DNA from: Octopus sinensis
Lineage: Eukaryota
Assembly: GCF_006345805.1 (NCBI RefSeq)
Contig: NC_042997.1
Location: 53,072,001 to 53,136,000, forward strand
Direction of reading: 5' to 3'
DNA: 64,000 nt
The number at the start of each line of letters is the position of its first letter. The stretch's first letter is position 1. The notes under the pieces were generated by a model, which saw only the letters and a list, made by a program, of their open reading frames with translations, searched no databases and was not told the DNA's origin. A program made the translations under genes and the position numbers. Below are positions 1 to 13,352 of this stretch, one piece after another.

Positions 1-572
1 TCACTGTTCTTACTAAACAGCGTTAATGAAGACACATAGAATCAACCAGCAAACACACACATACACACGTATGTATACATACATTCATATATATATATAA
101 AACATGCCAATTGATGTGTGTGTATATACTATATTAATAACATCCAGTCCAACAAATGTTTTTAGTCTGAAGACATGTCAGAGACTAAAAAGCAGTTATA
201 TTTTTTCTTACAAATTATTTCTTGACATATCTTTGAATGAAATAAAATACTATTGCTGGGCTCATTGTTTGTAATAGAGCATATATTGATACTCAAACTT
301 TATTCTAAGTAGTCTAACCCATATTCCTGTAAGCAGCCAATCCCAGGACATGGACACACAATTGCACTTCACTAGCATTGATTTCTCTTAAATTATTTCC
401 ATTCCCAATTCATTTACATTGCTCAACCTATCCCAATCTCTTCTGCAGGATAGTTCTTTGATCTTTTCTAGAAACAATTTTTAACTTCACACAGCTGTCC
501 ACAATATTTTGCTTTCAGCTGTTATCAAAATTACAAACTTCATTTGATTAATAAAATACTTCTGTTGTTTAA

Positions 573-793
573 CCCTTTCGTTACCAACCTGGCTGAAACC
601 GGCTCTGGCTCTGAGTACAAATGTCTTGTTTCCATAAGTTTTGAATTAAAATCTTCTATCAAACCTTGGTCACAACTTATGTTCCTAACACTAGCTGAAT
701 GATAAACTGAATTATTTTACTAAATTCTTTGTTATATTTAAAGTAATTGAAAGAAACTCAGAGTATCTCAAAATAAACACAGTAACGAAAGGG
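573..793. mobile_element. piggyBac-type MITE (TTAA TSD)
   Basis: TTAA|CCCTTTCGTTAC ... GTAACGAAAGGG|TTAA: perfect 12-bp TIRs, TTAA at 569-572 and 794-797, no ORF. Confidence 0.85.
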
Positions 794-1033
794 TTAAATT
801 GTGAATTTCATTCTTATTCTTTTTCAACATTTTACAACTTGACAGTTCTCTTCAGATTCTAAAATGTACAGATAGACACCTCAGTGGCCTTGCTACATGT
901 TAGAAATAACAACATAATCAACAATTTCATGCTTAGCATTTTCTGAAACAAAATCATACATAGTTTTCTTAACTTCCACTTATATAGGACAAACACCAGC
1001 TGACAGACAAAACTTAACTGAGAGGGACTACTC

Positions 1034-1335
1034 CATCATCATCATCACATGTCAGTTTTCCCTGCTGGCATGCCTTAGATGGTTTGACATCTAAGCTGGG
1101 AGCCAGAGGATTCTACCAAACTCCAATAACTACTTTGGCATGGTTTCTGTGGCTGGATGCCCTTTGTAATGCCAACTGCTTTACAAGTGTATTGGATGCT
1201 TTTTACATGACACCACACCAGTGAGGTTACCAAGTAACTTGCAAGATAAGACACCCTCAACTGAGGAAGGTGGCTTTATGCTAGGGTGTGAGAGCTTAAA
1301 ATATGACAGAATTACAGGAATAGATGTCTTGCTGT
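1034..1335 (-). mobile_element. RTE-LINE 3' end / derived repeat with (GAT)n tail
   Basis: catcatcatc tail followed by the conserved ...ggctggatgccct... block seen in many copies in the window and linked to RTE ORF remnants at 55.3-55.8 kb. Confidence 0.65.
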
Positions 1336-2142
1336 ATGGCAAGGACTATCAGTTATATCTACATTATTATGACAGTTTCATTTATGGAGGACTGCCAAGC
1401 CTAGAAATGCAGTCAATAATATTCACACTTGTTACTAAACACATACTATATAGTCAGTGTGCATCCAGATTAAGACCTGTAGAGGCCTAAAGTACTTAGA
1501 TTTTGGTGCCCCCATATGTCATTCAAACAATAATAAACCATAAAATAAATTTTTCCAGTCATATAAACCACTTTAAATATAATTTTTAGCAAGTTTAGTG
1601 ATTTCTTTTGTACCATAAGCCATTTCCCATTTTTGTGAAACCCCCTTCCCTCCATGCTTTAATGATGTGCTTATTTTGCTTAATAGTTAATCCAGCACTG
1701 CCTGTATTGGAGAGACAAACCCAATGTATTCTGTAGTGTTTATGGGAAATGTGAAAAGAAATTACTCTGAACAATTCCAAGAAACTTCTGCACAAAATGA
1801 TAATGGTTCTAAATTTAAAATATCATGTATAAAATTGGATAGTCAGTTCATATTACTGTCCATGTTACTCTTCTTCAGTGTTAAATATGGTGGTGATTGC
1901 CATATAAATATATGCACATGTTTATATAAGAAGGGGCAAATGTATGTATGGTGTTTGTTACGTGCCCACAGCACGGAGGCCAGTCGATGCGGTACTGGCT
2001 ACGGCCACGTTCGGATGGTTTTCTTGTGTGCCACCGGCATTTGTGCATAAATATTTTTAGATGTCTGAGTGTTATTGCATAAAAGAGTATAGTGCTTTTA
2101 TATGTATATAAGTGTGTGTATGTTTGAGTAAACAATGATACA

Positions 2143-2541
2143 TCTTTATATATAAAAGTCAAGTTGTGTGTCTGTCTCCTACGATTTAGATTCCTAACTA
2201 CTCCCACATTTTGCGATGCAGTTTAACCAAAACCGGGTATCTTATAGTTGTGATTCATATTGAGCCCTTCTGGGTATTAGCACACGTCTACAATGAGTCT
2301 ACGATTTAAAAAAAAATTTACCATCATTTTTTCCATTTTAATGCATCCTTTTCGCTATTATATAAGGGAAGTAACTCTCTAAAAATGTCTACGATGAGTC
2401 AACGATTTAAAAAAAAATTTACCATAATTTTTTTCCCATTTTTAATGCATTTTTTTTGCTATTTTTTGGCTATAACTCTCTAAAAATGCTTATATAGTTA
2501 TTTCCCTTACAAACCGGAGCAACGCCGGGCGATACTGCTAG
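2143..2541 (+). mobile_element. Non-autonomous Helitron
   Basis: Starts A|TC, ends CTAG|T, subterminal GC hairpin ccggagcaacgccggg, no TSD; internal ~60-bp direct duplication near 2287 and 2388. Confidence 0.8.
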
Positions 2542-3156
2542 TATAATATAAATAGATACATAGATATATCTATTTGTGTGTGTGATGGTGTATATTTTAA
2601 TTATAAATGCATTTGTGATGTTGATAGCAAGAAAAATCAATGTAGGGAATTTAGCAGAGTTTATCTATAGAGGTGTACTCTATAAATATTATTGATGTGT
2701 AGAAGTTATGAACCATTTATCATTTTTCATTTTGTTTATTTATTGATCAAGATGTGATATGAGATTAATAAACATAAATAGGTCATGAGAACCTATTTTT
2801 AGGGGGTCAAATATGATAGAAGTTGAATATTATTTGTTGAGTCTGTATTCCTTAAGTTTTATTTGTTCAAAATATCCAAATTTAGACCCTGAATACAAAA
2901 TATTTTTGAAAATATGTCAATAAGTTGATTTGAATAACCAAAAGATTTATGAGATTTTTTTTTTTACTTTCCTTCTTAAAGATATCAGTGCAGGCATAGC
3001 TGTGTGGTTAAGAAGCTCACTTTACAACCATGTGTAAATGTGATTTTGGGTTCAGTCCCAGTGTGTGGTACTTTGAGCAAGTGTCTTGTACTATAACCCC
3101 AGGTTGGTAATTCCTTGTGACTGAATTTGATCAACAGAAACTGTATAGAAGTTCAT

Positions 3157-3188
<32 letters not shown>

Positions 3189-3340
3189 CAATTCATAAAT
3201 GAGGGCAAAGGAAAAAATTTCTAATGCCAAATATGCCGAAAAATTGGACATATTGTCCATTAACCATATAATTTTTTCACAATACGCACGCTACTCGAAA
3301 AAAGGTCGACAGAAATTTTTTAAAAATTCCATTATTACCA

Positions 3341-3393
3341 TATCGGACCGATTTCAGAGTTAGCTACTAAGAGCCCTCTCTTCGTCAGTGATA
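3341..3393 (-). ncRNA. Minimal type I hammerhead ribozyme-like motif (Penelope type)
   Basis: Minus strand: tatca CUGACGA agag[loop]cucu GAAA ucg GUC cgata. Core boxes intact, stem II 4 bp, stem I 4/5 bp. Confidence 0.55.
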
Positions 3394-3609
3394 CATGTGG
3401 CAAAAGAAATAAATGAGATACTTACTCATACCCATGGAAGAAGCAAATACTAAGTCATGGGCACAACTAAGTACCCCTAATACATCCAAAATAGAAATAC
3501 TCCAGCCCATTTGAGGCACGTGCGATTTGAACTGAGGCTCTCACAGAGTGAGTTAGTTAGTTCGGAAGTGAATGCTTAAATTTATAATAATTGTAGCAGA
3601 TACTAGTGT

Positions 3610-3808
3610 CTTGCAAATGGCACCCGTGTCAGTGGCATATAAAAGTACCCATTACACTCTCAAAGTGGTTGGTGTTAGGAAGGTCATCCAGTCATAGAAA
3701 ACCATGCCAAATCAGACTGGAGTCTTGTGCAGCCCTCCAGCTTACCAACCCTGGTCAAACCATCCAAACCATGCCAGCATGGACAACAGATGATAAATGA
3801 TGATGATA
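3610..3808 (+). mobile_element. RTE-LINE 3' end with (GAT)n tail
   Basis: tggttggtgttaggaaggtcatccag...catgccagcatgga..gatgatgat; same family as 55324-55800 in the opposite orientation. Confidence 0.7.
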
Positions 3809-4139
3809 ATAATATGTATATGTTTGTGTCTTTGTGTTGGTCTCTATCACCACTTGACAACTAGTGTTTGTTTACACCCCTGTAACCTTGTGGTTTAGCA
3901 AAAGAGACCAATAGAATAAGTACCAGACCTTAAAATAATGAATGCCATGACTAAACCCTTTATGGTGGTGCCCTAACATGGCTGCAGTCCAATGACTGAA
4001 ATATATAAAAGGTAAAAACTTAAACCCCAAATTCAAAATTTTCATTTTCTTTTAACAAGAAAACCCATTCTTATGAAATTTTTGTGTCATCATATAGAAT
4101 ATAAAATAATAAATATACACATTGGGCTATACAAGAATA

Positions 4140-4203
<64 letters not shown>

Positions 4204-5174
4204 TTTGAACTTGTTCAAAATGCTGACAAGTTTGCTGTCATTGTTCTAAGAAGAAAGAGCCTTAAAAACGTTACTGAGATGTTGAATGAGAAGAATGTAT
4301 GGGAGAGTGTAGGTCTACCCAAAGCAGACCCAATACAAGAACTGGCTCATGAAGTTGTCAGCTGTGTTGTTGGAGGCATAAGGAAGGATACAAAGGCAGA
4401 AAGAGCAGTTATGGTTGCTGGCATACTGAAGTAGGACATACTCTAGTTACTGGCATTGTCAATCAAGATAGAATAACTTCAATTAAAATACTCTGCCCTT
4501 AGGCCTTATCGAGTCCTTTGTTCAACTTGCAGATCTGTTTATCTCCATGTCCTTCTAAAAGAAAAATCCATCCAATTATTAAATCTTTTAATATCAACAC
4601 ACCTGTGGCTGTTCATATTCATGCATTCATATTTGTTATATCAATCAAAGTCTCATAAAATGAACACTAAGGTAGGTCTTCAGTTGGTCAAACCAGTGTA
4701 ATATATGATATTATAAAATTACAGATATTTTATGAAAAACCCACTCAAATGTAACACAAAGGCAATCTACTTATGAAAAATATATTTTAGAAAAAAATGG
4801 TTTATTAATTACTCAAAAATGTATTATAGGTATACAATTGATTTTCTGGCAACTTTTAATCTAAATAAATTTTGATGAGGGACCTGAAATTCCTGTGGCC
4901 ACCATTCTAGTTCACTGTGCTACCACCGGTGACATTGAGTGCACTGTGTGTTTATATGCATTATTAACACTACACTTGTTAGTGGCAATAGCAAAATTTT
5001 GAGAGGTCTTCTGCTTATTTAGTTTAAAGTTACTTTTAACTGTGGCTACTCCAGGTAAGAGAACTGAGAGCATCAATAATAGTGTCAAACATGAATACCA
5101 ATCCATATTGGTCCAAAAGTAGAATGCTTGGGGGAAAAAACAAAGGACCCTGGTGTTGTGGTATGTACCCTTAA

Positions 5175-5400
5175 AACCTTAGGCCTCCATTGGTCATGGC
5201 TGACCATGGATGATGTCATCCGTCCGTTGAGTTGTCTATTCAGTTTTTGCAATGCCTCCTGTGGCTGTAGAGACCGATGCGAGAGTGGCAGTCTTGTTTG
5301 CAGAGGTCACACCTATATGCTGAATCTGGTCTGTCGGCTGTCATTTCTTTTCTGCAGGCTCGGTTTTCAGCTGCCGCCACCCTCAAATTTTCTTCACCAG
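5175..5400 (-). mobile_element. RTE-clade LINE 3' fragment (C-terminal zinc finger)
   Basis: Minus-strand translation AAENRACRKEMTADRPDSAYRCDLCKQDCHSRIGLYSHRRHCKN*, the CxxC..RIGL.SH motif typical of RTE ORF ends. Confidence 0.8.
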
Positions 5401-5949
5401 CTTGCAGTTGTGGTATGTAAGTGGCATTAGCTCATCTATTGTTTATGATGTAAAGAAGCAAAGGAACAAAATATTAAAGCTTTATATAACTAGAGATGGT
5501 TCAGCAAAATTGTTAATCCGTCAAGGCTTTGGAAGTAAGGATACCAGAAAGTCAATGGTGTACCTAATTATATAATAACTAAATGGGTAAATAAATAACT
5601 AAGCAATATAATTAGTAAGAAAGAAAAGTAGTTAGTATGAGATAAGATTGGTTAAAAAAATGGTAAAAAAAATTTGAAAGAGTTGGGTGTAGTAAAGTTG
5701 TTAGTAAATTAATATTTATTTAAATATTCCGTAAATTATGTTTTGGAACAGGATTGTTACATGAGAACTAGAGAGCAGGTTCTTTTAATAAAAGAGTAAG
5801 TACAATATTAGGTTAGCAAAAAGAGTAAGACAGAGAAAGATGGAAAAAAAATGGATAAACATAATTTGTTATTTATGAATATTATATTTTCTAGTTGATA
5901 TCAGGATTTTTGTAGGTTTTAATAGCTATATAGCAGATTTCATCTATAG

Positions 5950-6590
5950 ATTACTTTAGTAGTCCGATTGTTAATGTTAGTATTGACTGCAAATATATTA
6001 TCTTGTTGGAAGAAAATAACTCTGGTCATTTTTTTGTTGTTTACAGTACTTTTGAATGATATATATTTGGTTATTACATAGGTGTTTGTAATACATATAC
6101 ATAGTGGGAAACTGAGGAGACAGAGAAATTAATGTGAAAGATTTGGGGTTTTGGAAACAGTTTTTCAGCATTTAACTATGAAATATGACCTTTTCTTTGG
6201 CCAAATTCCATTCCTATATCAGCTAAAAATGGTGTTACTAAATCTAGCTGTTTCTCAGCATTGTAAATATTTCTAGTATAGATCTTTAGATCATCCATAA
6301 AGCCAAAATAACCAGCAACACAGACAGACTGTCTCCTTGCAACATTTCCTTTGAAGTATTTATAACATCAGAGACAATTGTTCTGCTTTCAGTTATGAGC
6401 ATGAGGAGTGTTGGTCAATGTCAGCTACTTAGGCAACAGGTTCTTTATCCAAGTGAACATAGCATTGAACACCTTTCTTGTTATCAAGCACCACTAGCAT
6501 AAGATTTCTGCTATATTTTCTTATTTCATCAAAAGATTTATACTGTATTATTTTCTTATTTCAAGCAGCACAGTTTTATTTATCAAGTTG
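5950..6590 (-). mobile_element. Degenerate non-LTR retrotransposon RT remnant (R4/Dong-like)
   Basis: Minus strand: LQGDSLSVLL (~6310-6345) and FMDDLKIY..QLDLV..FLADIGMEFG (6181-6304). Boundaries approximate. Confidence 0.7.
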
Positions 6591-6919
6591 TATGTATAGA
6601 TATATGTGTGTGCATGTGCACGCCCCCCCCCCACACACACACACACATGCACACACAATGCATAAATATTTCTTTGAGATTTATTCAAGTTTGCAAAATT
6701 CAAGCTGGTTAGCAACAATTTTGGGGGTTTCTTTTTTATAATTAAGACAGTTTCAGAGATTTGTGAATATGTGAGTTGATGTGTGCGTATGAGTAAGTGT
6801 GGATATCCTTGCATACATGTTGTGATGTACATGTCTCTTTAGTACATATGCATATGTATGATTACTCTATGTATGTGTGTGCATGTGCTATATACATAAA
6901 GAATAATCACACATATATT

Positions 6920-7100
6920 GGTTTCAAATTTTGGCACAAGGCCAGCAGGTTTAGGGGGAGAGGGTCAGTCAATTACACCAACTTATTTTATCAACCCCAA
7001 AAGGAGGAAAAGCAAAATTTGAACCCATAATGTAAAGACAGACAAAATGCTGTTAAGCATTGCACCTGGTGTACTAATGATTTTGCTAGCTTGCTGCCTT
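6920..7100 (-). mobile_element. tRNA-derived SINE family A, degenerate
   Basis: Reverse complement of the ggcgagctggcagaa...gagttcaaatt...cctttcatcc consensus. Confidence 0.65.
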
Positions 7101-7149
7101 AATACATATATGTTGGTTTTAAATTTTGGCTAAACTACATTTTTATGTC

Positions 7150-9100
7150 CTGTGAGAATACTGTAACAAGTTCTGTCTCTTGATGTGAATATTACATAAA
7201 TACAGCTTCAGATCAGTGACATTAATTTTCTTTTCATTTGCAAACCTTAACAGAGTTGACCAGAGGTTCATTACCAGGATGAACAGCAGTGCAGACTAGC
7301 AGTCACTTTTGAATGTTCTTGTTTGTGACTATAGTATTTGCTTCAGTTCTTAGTGAGAATTGTGTGAACCGTGTTGATAGTCTTTTAGTGAAATTGATTA
7401 TAGCGAATGAAATTTTGGTAAAAAAATAGTGATTCTGGTGTCCATGATGAGAGACAGACTCAAACTCCTTCTAATATTCTAGTCATACTGTCAGACAGTT
7501 TCAGAGATGCTGCTTTACTTAAGGACAGCTTTGTTGATGAGGAGGCATTTGACACAATGCCAGACTAGTTGCTTTCCTGCTCCCTGATTATCAGTCACCA
7601 CATTGTTTTGTAGTAATCTTGGAGAAACACATTCAAGGAATTAGTCAACTATTTACAGATGATTTTAAGCATGTTATCACCTGTAGTTTTTCCTATGTGT
7701 GTTTCCTGGTTCTTAAGTATGAACTTTGTGCAACTGCTACATTATGTTCAGCATCCATTTTTTTTTTTTAAAACTGGTTGATGATAGCTTTCCTGCAGAA
7801 CTTGAGATTCCTATCCATATATTTAACTGCCAGGCTTTTCTTAGGTGATTTTCCATTGGATAGTTTTGCAACAACTATCAGCAAAGTTTTACTGGTAATG
7901 TTATGTTTTAGGAGAGTCATTTACACAGTACTCCCTTCATGGTTTGTTCAAACCATACTGCATTGTTTTTGTTTTGTTTTTGTTCCTTCTCGAGCCATGC
8001 CTGGCTCATAAGGGCCAGTTTCCCGGTTTCTTGGCGTATAGGTTCCCCACCTGGACGGGACGCCGGTCCTTTGCAGGTGAGCTGCAAGATGCAGGAGGAA
8101 AGAGTGAGAGAAAGTTGTGGCAAAAGAGTCAGTAGAAGTTTCGCCATTACCTTCTGCCGGAGCCGTGTGGAGCTTAGGTGTTTCGCTCATAAACACACAC
8201 ATCATCCAGTCTGAGATTCAAACCCGCGATCCCTCGACCGCAAGTCCACTGCTCTAACCACTAGGCCATGTGCCTCCACAAACCATACTGCATTGCATTT
8301 CTGGTACTTATTTATGTTCCAGATCACCTCTAAGTATGACTCCAGATCATTCGAAGGAAGAGCATTTACAACCCCAGCACTATGACCATCTATGTGGTAA
8401 TATACAGTTTGTGAGCTTAATACAAACTTCTGTTTGATAATCCTATAATTTTGTTATTTGCTACAATAACAAAGCTTTTGACTTATTGTTTGTAGTTCAC
8501 ATTTAAGGGCAACAAGTTTACTTTGTCAGTCTCTGTAAATTTGGGATAATCTACCATAAAGTCATTGTTAGTGCTTTGTGAATTCATTATTCACTTTGCA
8601 TATAAGGGTAGTATCCAATTATCCAATGATTTTGTGTATTCTGTCATTGTTTTCTTTTTGATAGAGCTAATGTATTTTGGTTATATTCTGTTATTTCTGT
8701 TGATTTTTATTAGTCCCATCAGTGACAACAGGTGATGTTGACACAACAAAACAATATGATATTGAGTGTCCCAAAATTTCAATTTATGCTAGATTTTATC
8801 GAGCATCCTGATCAATGACAGACAAATCTTGTCAGTAGATTTTTTGTTTACTCTTGTCATAACCACTTTCAATTGTTCATGTAAAAAGGGAAATTCTCTC
8901 TAAATTTTGCTGTTTTTTTTATACATCAGTTTGTATTCTTTACTCATTTCTATTTGTCTGTAATCAACTACCACATGTCCACATAATAGCGTCAGTCATT
9001 TTTCTGTGTTGGTGTTATCATTTTCATTTGGGTTGTGGTTCATGTTCTTAGCAAATTTCTTGGGACCAGAGTCTATTGGGCTTTTGATTCAGTTGCGAAT
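7150..9100 (-). mobile_element. Second, older R4/Dong-like LINE remnant
   Basis: Minus-strand degenerate RT motifs in the expected order: NGKSP (~7845), VITCL (~7670), DC*SALLFILVMN (~7285), DLKLY (~7205). Many stops; boundaries approximate. Confidence 0.45.
7966..8278 (-). mobile_element. tRNA-derived SINE (family C) with 17-bp TSD
   Basis: Minus-strand head tggcctagtggttagagc..gggtttgaatctc (A/B boxes), (AAAAC)n-like tail; TSD caaaccatactgcattg at 7949-7965 and 8279-8295. Confidence 0.85.
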
Positions 9101-9659
9101 TTTTAATTTTGCTAGGTAGAGACTATAATTTTCCACAATGAATATAGCTTGCTATATGAATATACCTGCTTCATGCTGAAATTGAAAGATATTTTACATC
9201 CAAGTAGTGCTTCATCCTGTGCATGTGACTGATTAGAAGATTTCCCTTGCATTTTTTCTAATTAGTACAGATTGTGATTAAATTCAGAAGTCCACTGAAA
9301 TTTCTCTTGATAGTTCCACAATCTATGAGAGCTAACTCTGGTTTTTTGTCTTTCTGGGGCATATGTTGCTATCTATGTATTACTTACCAGTTTAATTAGA
9401 CAACTTGATTGTTACTATGATCTTATCTAAACTTTTTTTTTTTTACATTAATGGCAAAAGTTGAAGGGATAGTGTTTATTTCTAAAGAGGATAACTAGTT
9501 CCATGCCAACATGTCTGACATCAATGCTTTTATGATAGAATTATATAACGAATTTGTTAGATTTAGAGTAATATCAAAGAAGTGGTAAGATTTTGTATTT
9601 ATAGTAATTAGCAGTACATTTTTGAAAAAGATGTTGACTTTTTGGAGATATATTCCACA

Positions 9660-10500
9660 CTCACATAAGATCAATCACAGAGTGGTATAATACAATGTCT
9701 AAAAGGAGGAATGCTTTGTTGGAAATACAGCATCTGATACTGTTCCTTTCTCTAGAGGGGCAAGAGAAATGTTTGTAAACCAGAAAACTTGGGTGGCTAT
9801 GAGTCAGGAATAACTTGCAAATGGGTTTCATATTACCAGCATCAGGATTTTTCCACAAGAAACATCAAATGGCATTTTGGGAAGCTTTAAAGCCTGGAAC
9901 TGATTTTTCTTGTCCTAGTAGACATGCACTTCTAGTAAATTCCAGTTACATCAACATTGTACACTTGTTCAATGTATTTAGTTTTCTTCAGCTTCTCATG
10001 ATAATTAGTAGCAGCTTTTGTATCAATACTGGCGGCTTCATTAGTCATTTTTATGTTTTGCAAATTAAGTTACCTCTTAGACCTTTCAAACAAAGCTTTA
10101 CTTGCAAAGAGAATATTTTTTTTATTTCATCAGTTGTTCCTTCTATTTTCTGAAAGTCATCATACAAACTTTTAGCTTTTGCTTGAATAACTACCACACT
10201 TATCGGTACATTATATTCAGTCTGATCAGTAATAGACATATTTAAGCTGTTCCATATTAAGTATCAATTGAAATTTATGAAAAAGCTATGTCTAGGCATT
10301 CAATGGAGTAGTTGCTTGAGCGCAACCTAATTTTATCTCTATTATCATGAATTGTTACCTCTGCAGACATGGCAAACTTTAATGCTTTTGTAGTATGGCT
10401 GAGTATTTCGCTCGCTTGAAAACTTTTAAAACATCAAACATTTGATGTAACCGCTTTATGAATACTTTTCATGTCACTGACTTCACTTCCGTTTGATAGT
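9660..10500 (-). mobile_element. Tigger/pogo-like DNA transposon remnant
   Basis: Minus strand: ITDQ..VPISVVVIQAKAKSLY (CENP-B-type HTH), then EQVYNVDVTGIY*KCM.TRT and VPGFKAS (start of the DDE domain); frameshifted. Confidence 0.7.
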
Positions 10501-12158
10501 TGATTTCCAGTCATCCTGAATACCGTTGGATTTAATTTTGTATTACTAATTTAAATCCAACTGTAGTGGTGACAGACAAGAAATCCATATCAAATAGTAC
10601 TGCAGTGTTGTTTTGTATTAGCAAAAAGTAATCGTCTTATATAGGATACAAAAAGAGGATGGAATGCACAGGTGCTTGTGAGGTTTGAAAAAATATATAC
10701 TTAGGAATTTTAGTTGTTAAAAGTGTTAAAATCTATCCAAATGTCCATAGGGGGTTGAAATTATATGCCCCATCACAAAATTAATGGTCATAGTTTAAAA
10801 CTTCCATAAGTACTGAATTCCATAATTCAAGTTTTTGTTATACAGGAGATGCATATATTTCCTGTGCCATTATTGTAGCTGCTCCAGTCACTGAGTATTA
10901 CACCTCCCTGTATTACCTGAGTAACTATATAAGTGGCTTGCATGTGTCCTACTTCTCCAATTATTTTTAGCATTTTAGTATGTATCCCTGATATGGCTGC
11001 TGCTTTCCCTAACTTAATATCCTTTAATCATGCTTTGGACCATATAGCTGCCAACTTGAATAGCTGTCTCTTCTCTTGAATCTGCTTTTATTGGTCCTGT
11101 GTGTTCCCCAGATTTAGCAACCACTTCCAAAAAAATAATGACTGGACAGTAAAGAGTAGAATGTAGCAGGTAAAGTTGTGTGTGTGTGTTGGTAAACTGA
11201 GGAGTGAGTAGTGGTTAAGCAGAAGTGAAAAGTGGAGTGGTAGAGAGAGTTAATGGATGATTTAAAGCTGTTAACCTAATCAAGGTATAAGTTTAGTCAG
11301 TGAGTGTTCGTGTGTGTGTGTGCATGCATTCATGTGTGTGTCTTCAAGGTGGTGCATCAGCATTGTCACAGTCTGATGACTGAAACAGGAAAAAGATAAA
11401 ATAATATTTGCACCTTCAATTGAATATATGATAGTCTGAAACATATTTCTGTGTTAAAATATATTTCTCAAGAAGCTTAAGAAATAAATGTAAAGTTAGA
11501 ACCACAGAATAATTTTTGGTATTTCTCTGGAGTTACTTATGTTTTGCTTCACTAAATAAAAATGTAATTCTTCGTACTATTAACATCATTGTTAAAGGTG
11601 GAACATTTTAATATCTATGTCTACCTTAGCTTTAATCTCTGATTATCACTAGGTATCTTATCCTTGAATTTGTATGTAGTATCTGACTGGCTTTGAACCA
11701 GAAACCTTTATTTCTAAATTAAGAATTCTAATACCATAACCTCAAGGCCTCTGAAATGTCAGCAGTTAATATTATATTTTTGAATTACTAAAATTTATCT
11801 TTAGTAAAGTAGAACAGAGGGTTATTACCATTAATTTAGGTTCCTAGTTCAAATCCAATCTGGTGATGTATGCACATCTAGGAATAAGGCACCTGATGAC
11901 AATTGGAGATCAGACTGATTGAATGTTGTATAGATTTGTATATATTAAAAATTATCTGTGAAGATGAGGTTGCAAGTATGAAAAACTACAGTCTTATTAA
12001 GAATGGCTGAAGGCATAACAGTGTGGTGAAGAAGTTCTCTTGCAATCTCATGGATACAGATTTTATCCTTGTACCTTAGGCAAATGTCTTCTACCACAGC
12101 CTCAGGTCAACCAATGTCTTTTGAGTGAAATTTTAGTTGACAGAAACTTTTCAGAAAC

Positions 12159-12162
<4 letters not shown>

Positions 12163-12228
<66 letters not shown>

Positions 12229-12254
12229 CACACACACACACACACACACACACA
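12163..12254. repeat. (TA)n/(CA)n microsatellite at the end of a family-B SINE 5' half
   Basis: Directly visible dinucleotide runs. Confidence 0.9.
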
Positions 12255-13125
12255 TGCACATATAAAACATTATTTTCTGTGTGTGTATGCATCCATATGT
12301 GTACATCTATATCATCTTTATCATATTTAGCTATGAAAAGAATAAACATCAGCAGAAAAAGTGATAATTGAAAACAAAAATATTTTTCTGGTATCTGTTC
12401 CATCTAACTGACACAAGCTCCCTCTTTTTGTATTTGCCATTATAAATGCAATGAACCAGTAACTGGCTCATTAGAAACCAATGATGCTGTATTATTTGCA
12501 GAATGCTATATAACTTGACTTTTTGGCATTAAATTAAAATGTTTTATATTATCAGAATAACAAACATTACTTTTATTCATAATTGTGGAGATAGTGTATT
12601 TTGTTGCAATAATGAAAGACTATATTTGTTATTAAGAATAATTATTATTTCTTGTATATACTTGCTGTGTGTAAGTTAAAGGAAAATAAATTGTGTGGTC
12701 AAGTGATAATGGTTATTGATGACTACATAAACAAATATCATATGTCTGTTGGTAATGTGGTAATCCTATATGTTAGAAGATTGTGAAGGCATTGGAAGAG
12801 GTAGCTAAAAGCTGACAGCCAAGAGCAACATTTATCTAAGCTATTGATTTAAAGTACATAGCTGGTATAAAGACCAACCATGTGATAGGCAAACATAGGT
12901 CAGAAACAATCTTCAAACTCTTTTGAACCAGTGATGGTTCTTCTTAGTAGCATAGTCTGCTACAAATCACAACCAAATCTTCTTCAAATTGCATGCTGAC
13001 TGAGAGAGAATGATGGGATGATCATGACTAGAATGCCTTGAGCAGTCAGGTTGACTGGGGCTAAACAACAGCAGTAATCTTTGAACTCTGGTCACTGTTC
13101 TTATTGCTTGTTCATAGCTATCCTT

Positions 13126-13352
13126 GGCGAGCTGGCAGACATGTTAGCACGCTGGGCGAAATGCTTAGCGGTATTTCGTCTGTCATTACATTCTGAGTTC
13201 AAATTCCGCCGAGGTCGACTTTGCCTTCCATCCTTTCGGGGTCGATAAATAAAGTACTAGTTTCACACTGGGGTCAAAGCAATCGACTTAATCCCTTTGT
13301 CTGTCTTTGTTTGTCCCCTCTATGTTTAGCCCCTTGTGGGCAATAAAGAAAT
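13126..13352 (+). mobile_element. tRNA-derived SINE family A, near full-length
   Basis: ggcgagctggcaga (A box) .. gagttcaaattcc (B box) .. gtcgactttgccttccatcctttcggggtcgataaat central domain .. gggcaataaagaaat tail. Confidence 0.85.

Larger units (their letters stand above)
2990..4015 (+). mobile_element. tRNA-derived SINE (family B) split by nested insertions
   Basis: 5' half at ~2990-3190 (gctgtgtggttaagaag..gggttcagtccca..gcaagtgtctt) and 3' half at ~3810-4015 (gagaccaatagaataagtac..atgactgaaa) match the intact copies at 34780 and 60168. Confidence 0.7.

Noticed and set aside
9300-9345. Retroviral-type protease motif (LALIDCG) on the minus strand
   Set aside because: Isolated short match without LTRs, integrase or LTR-type RT motifs.
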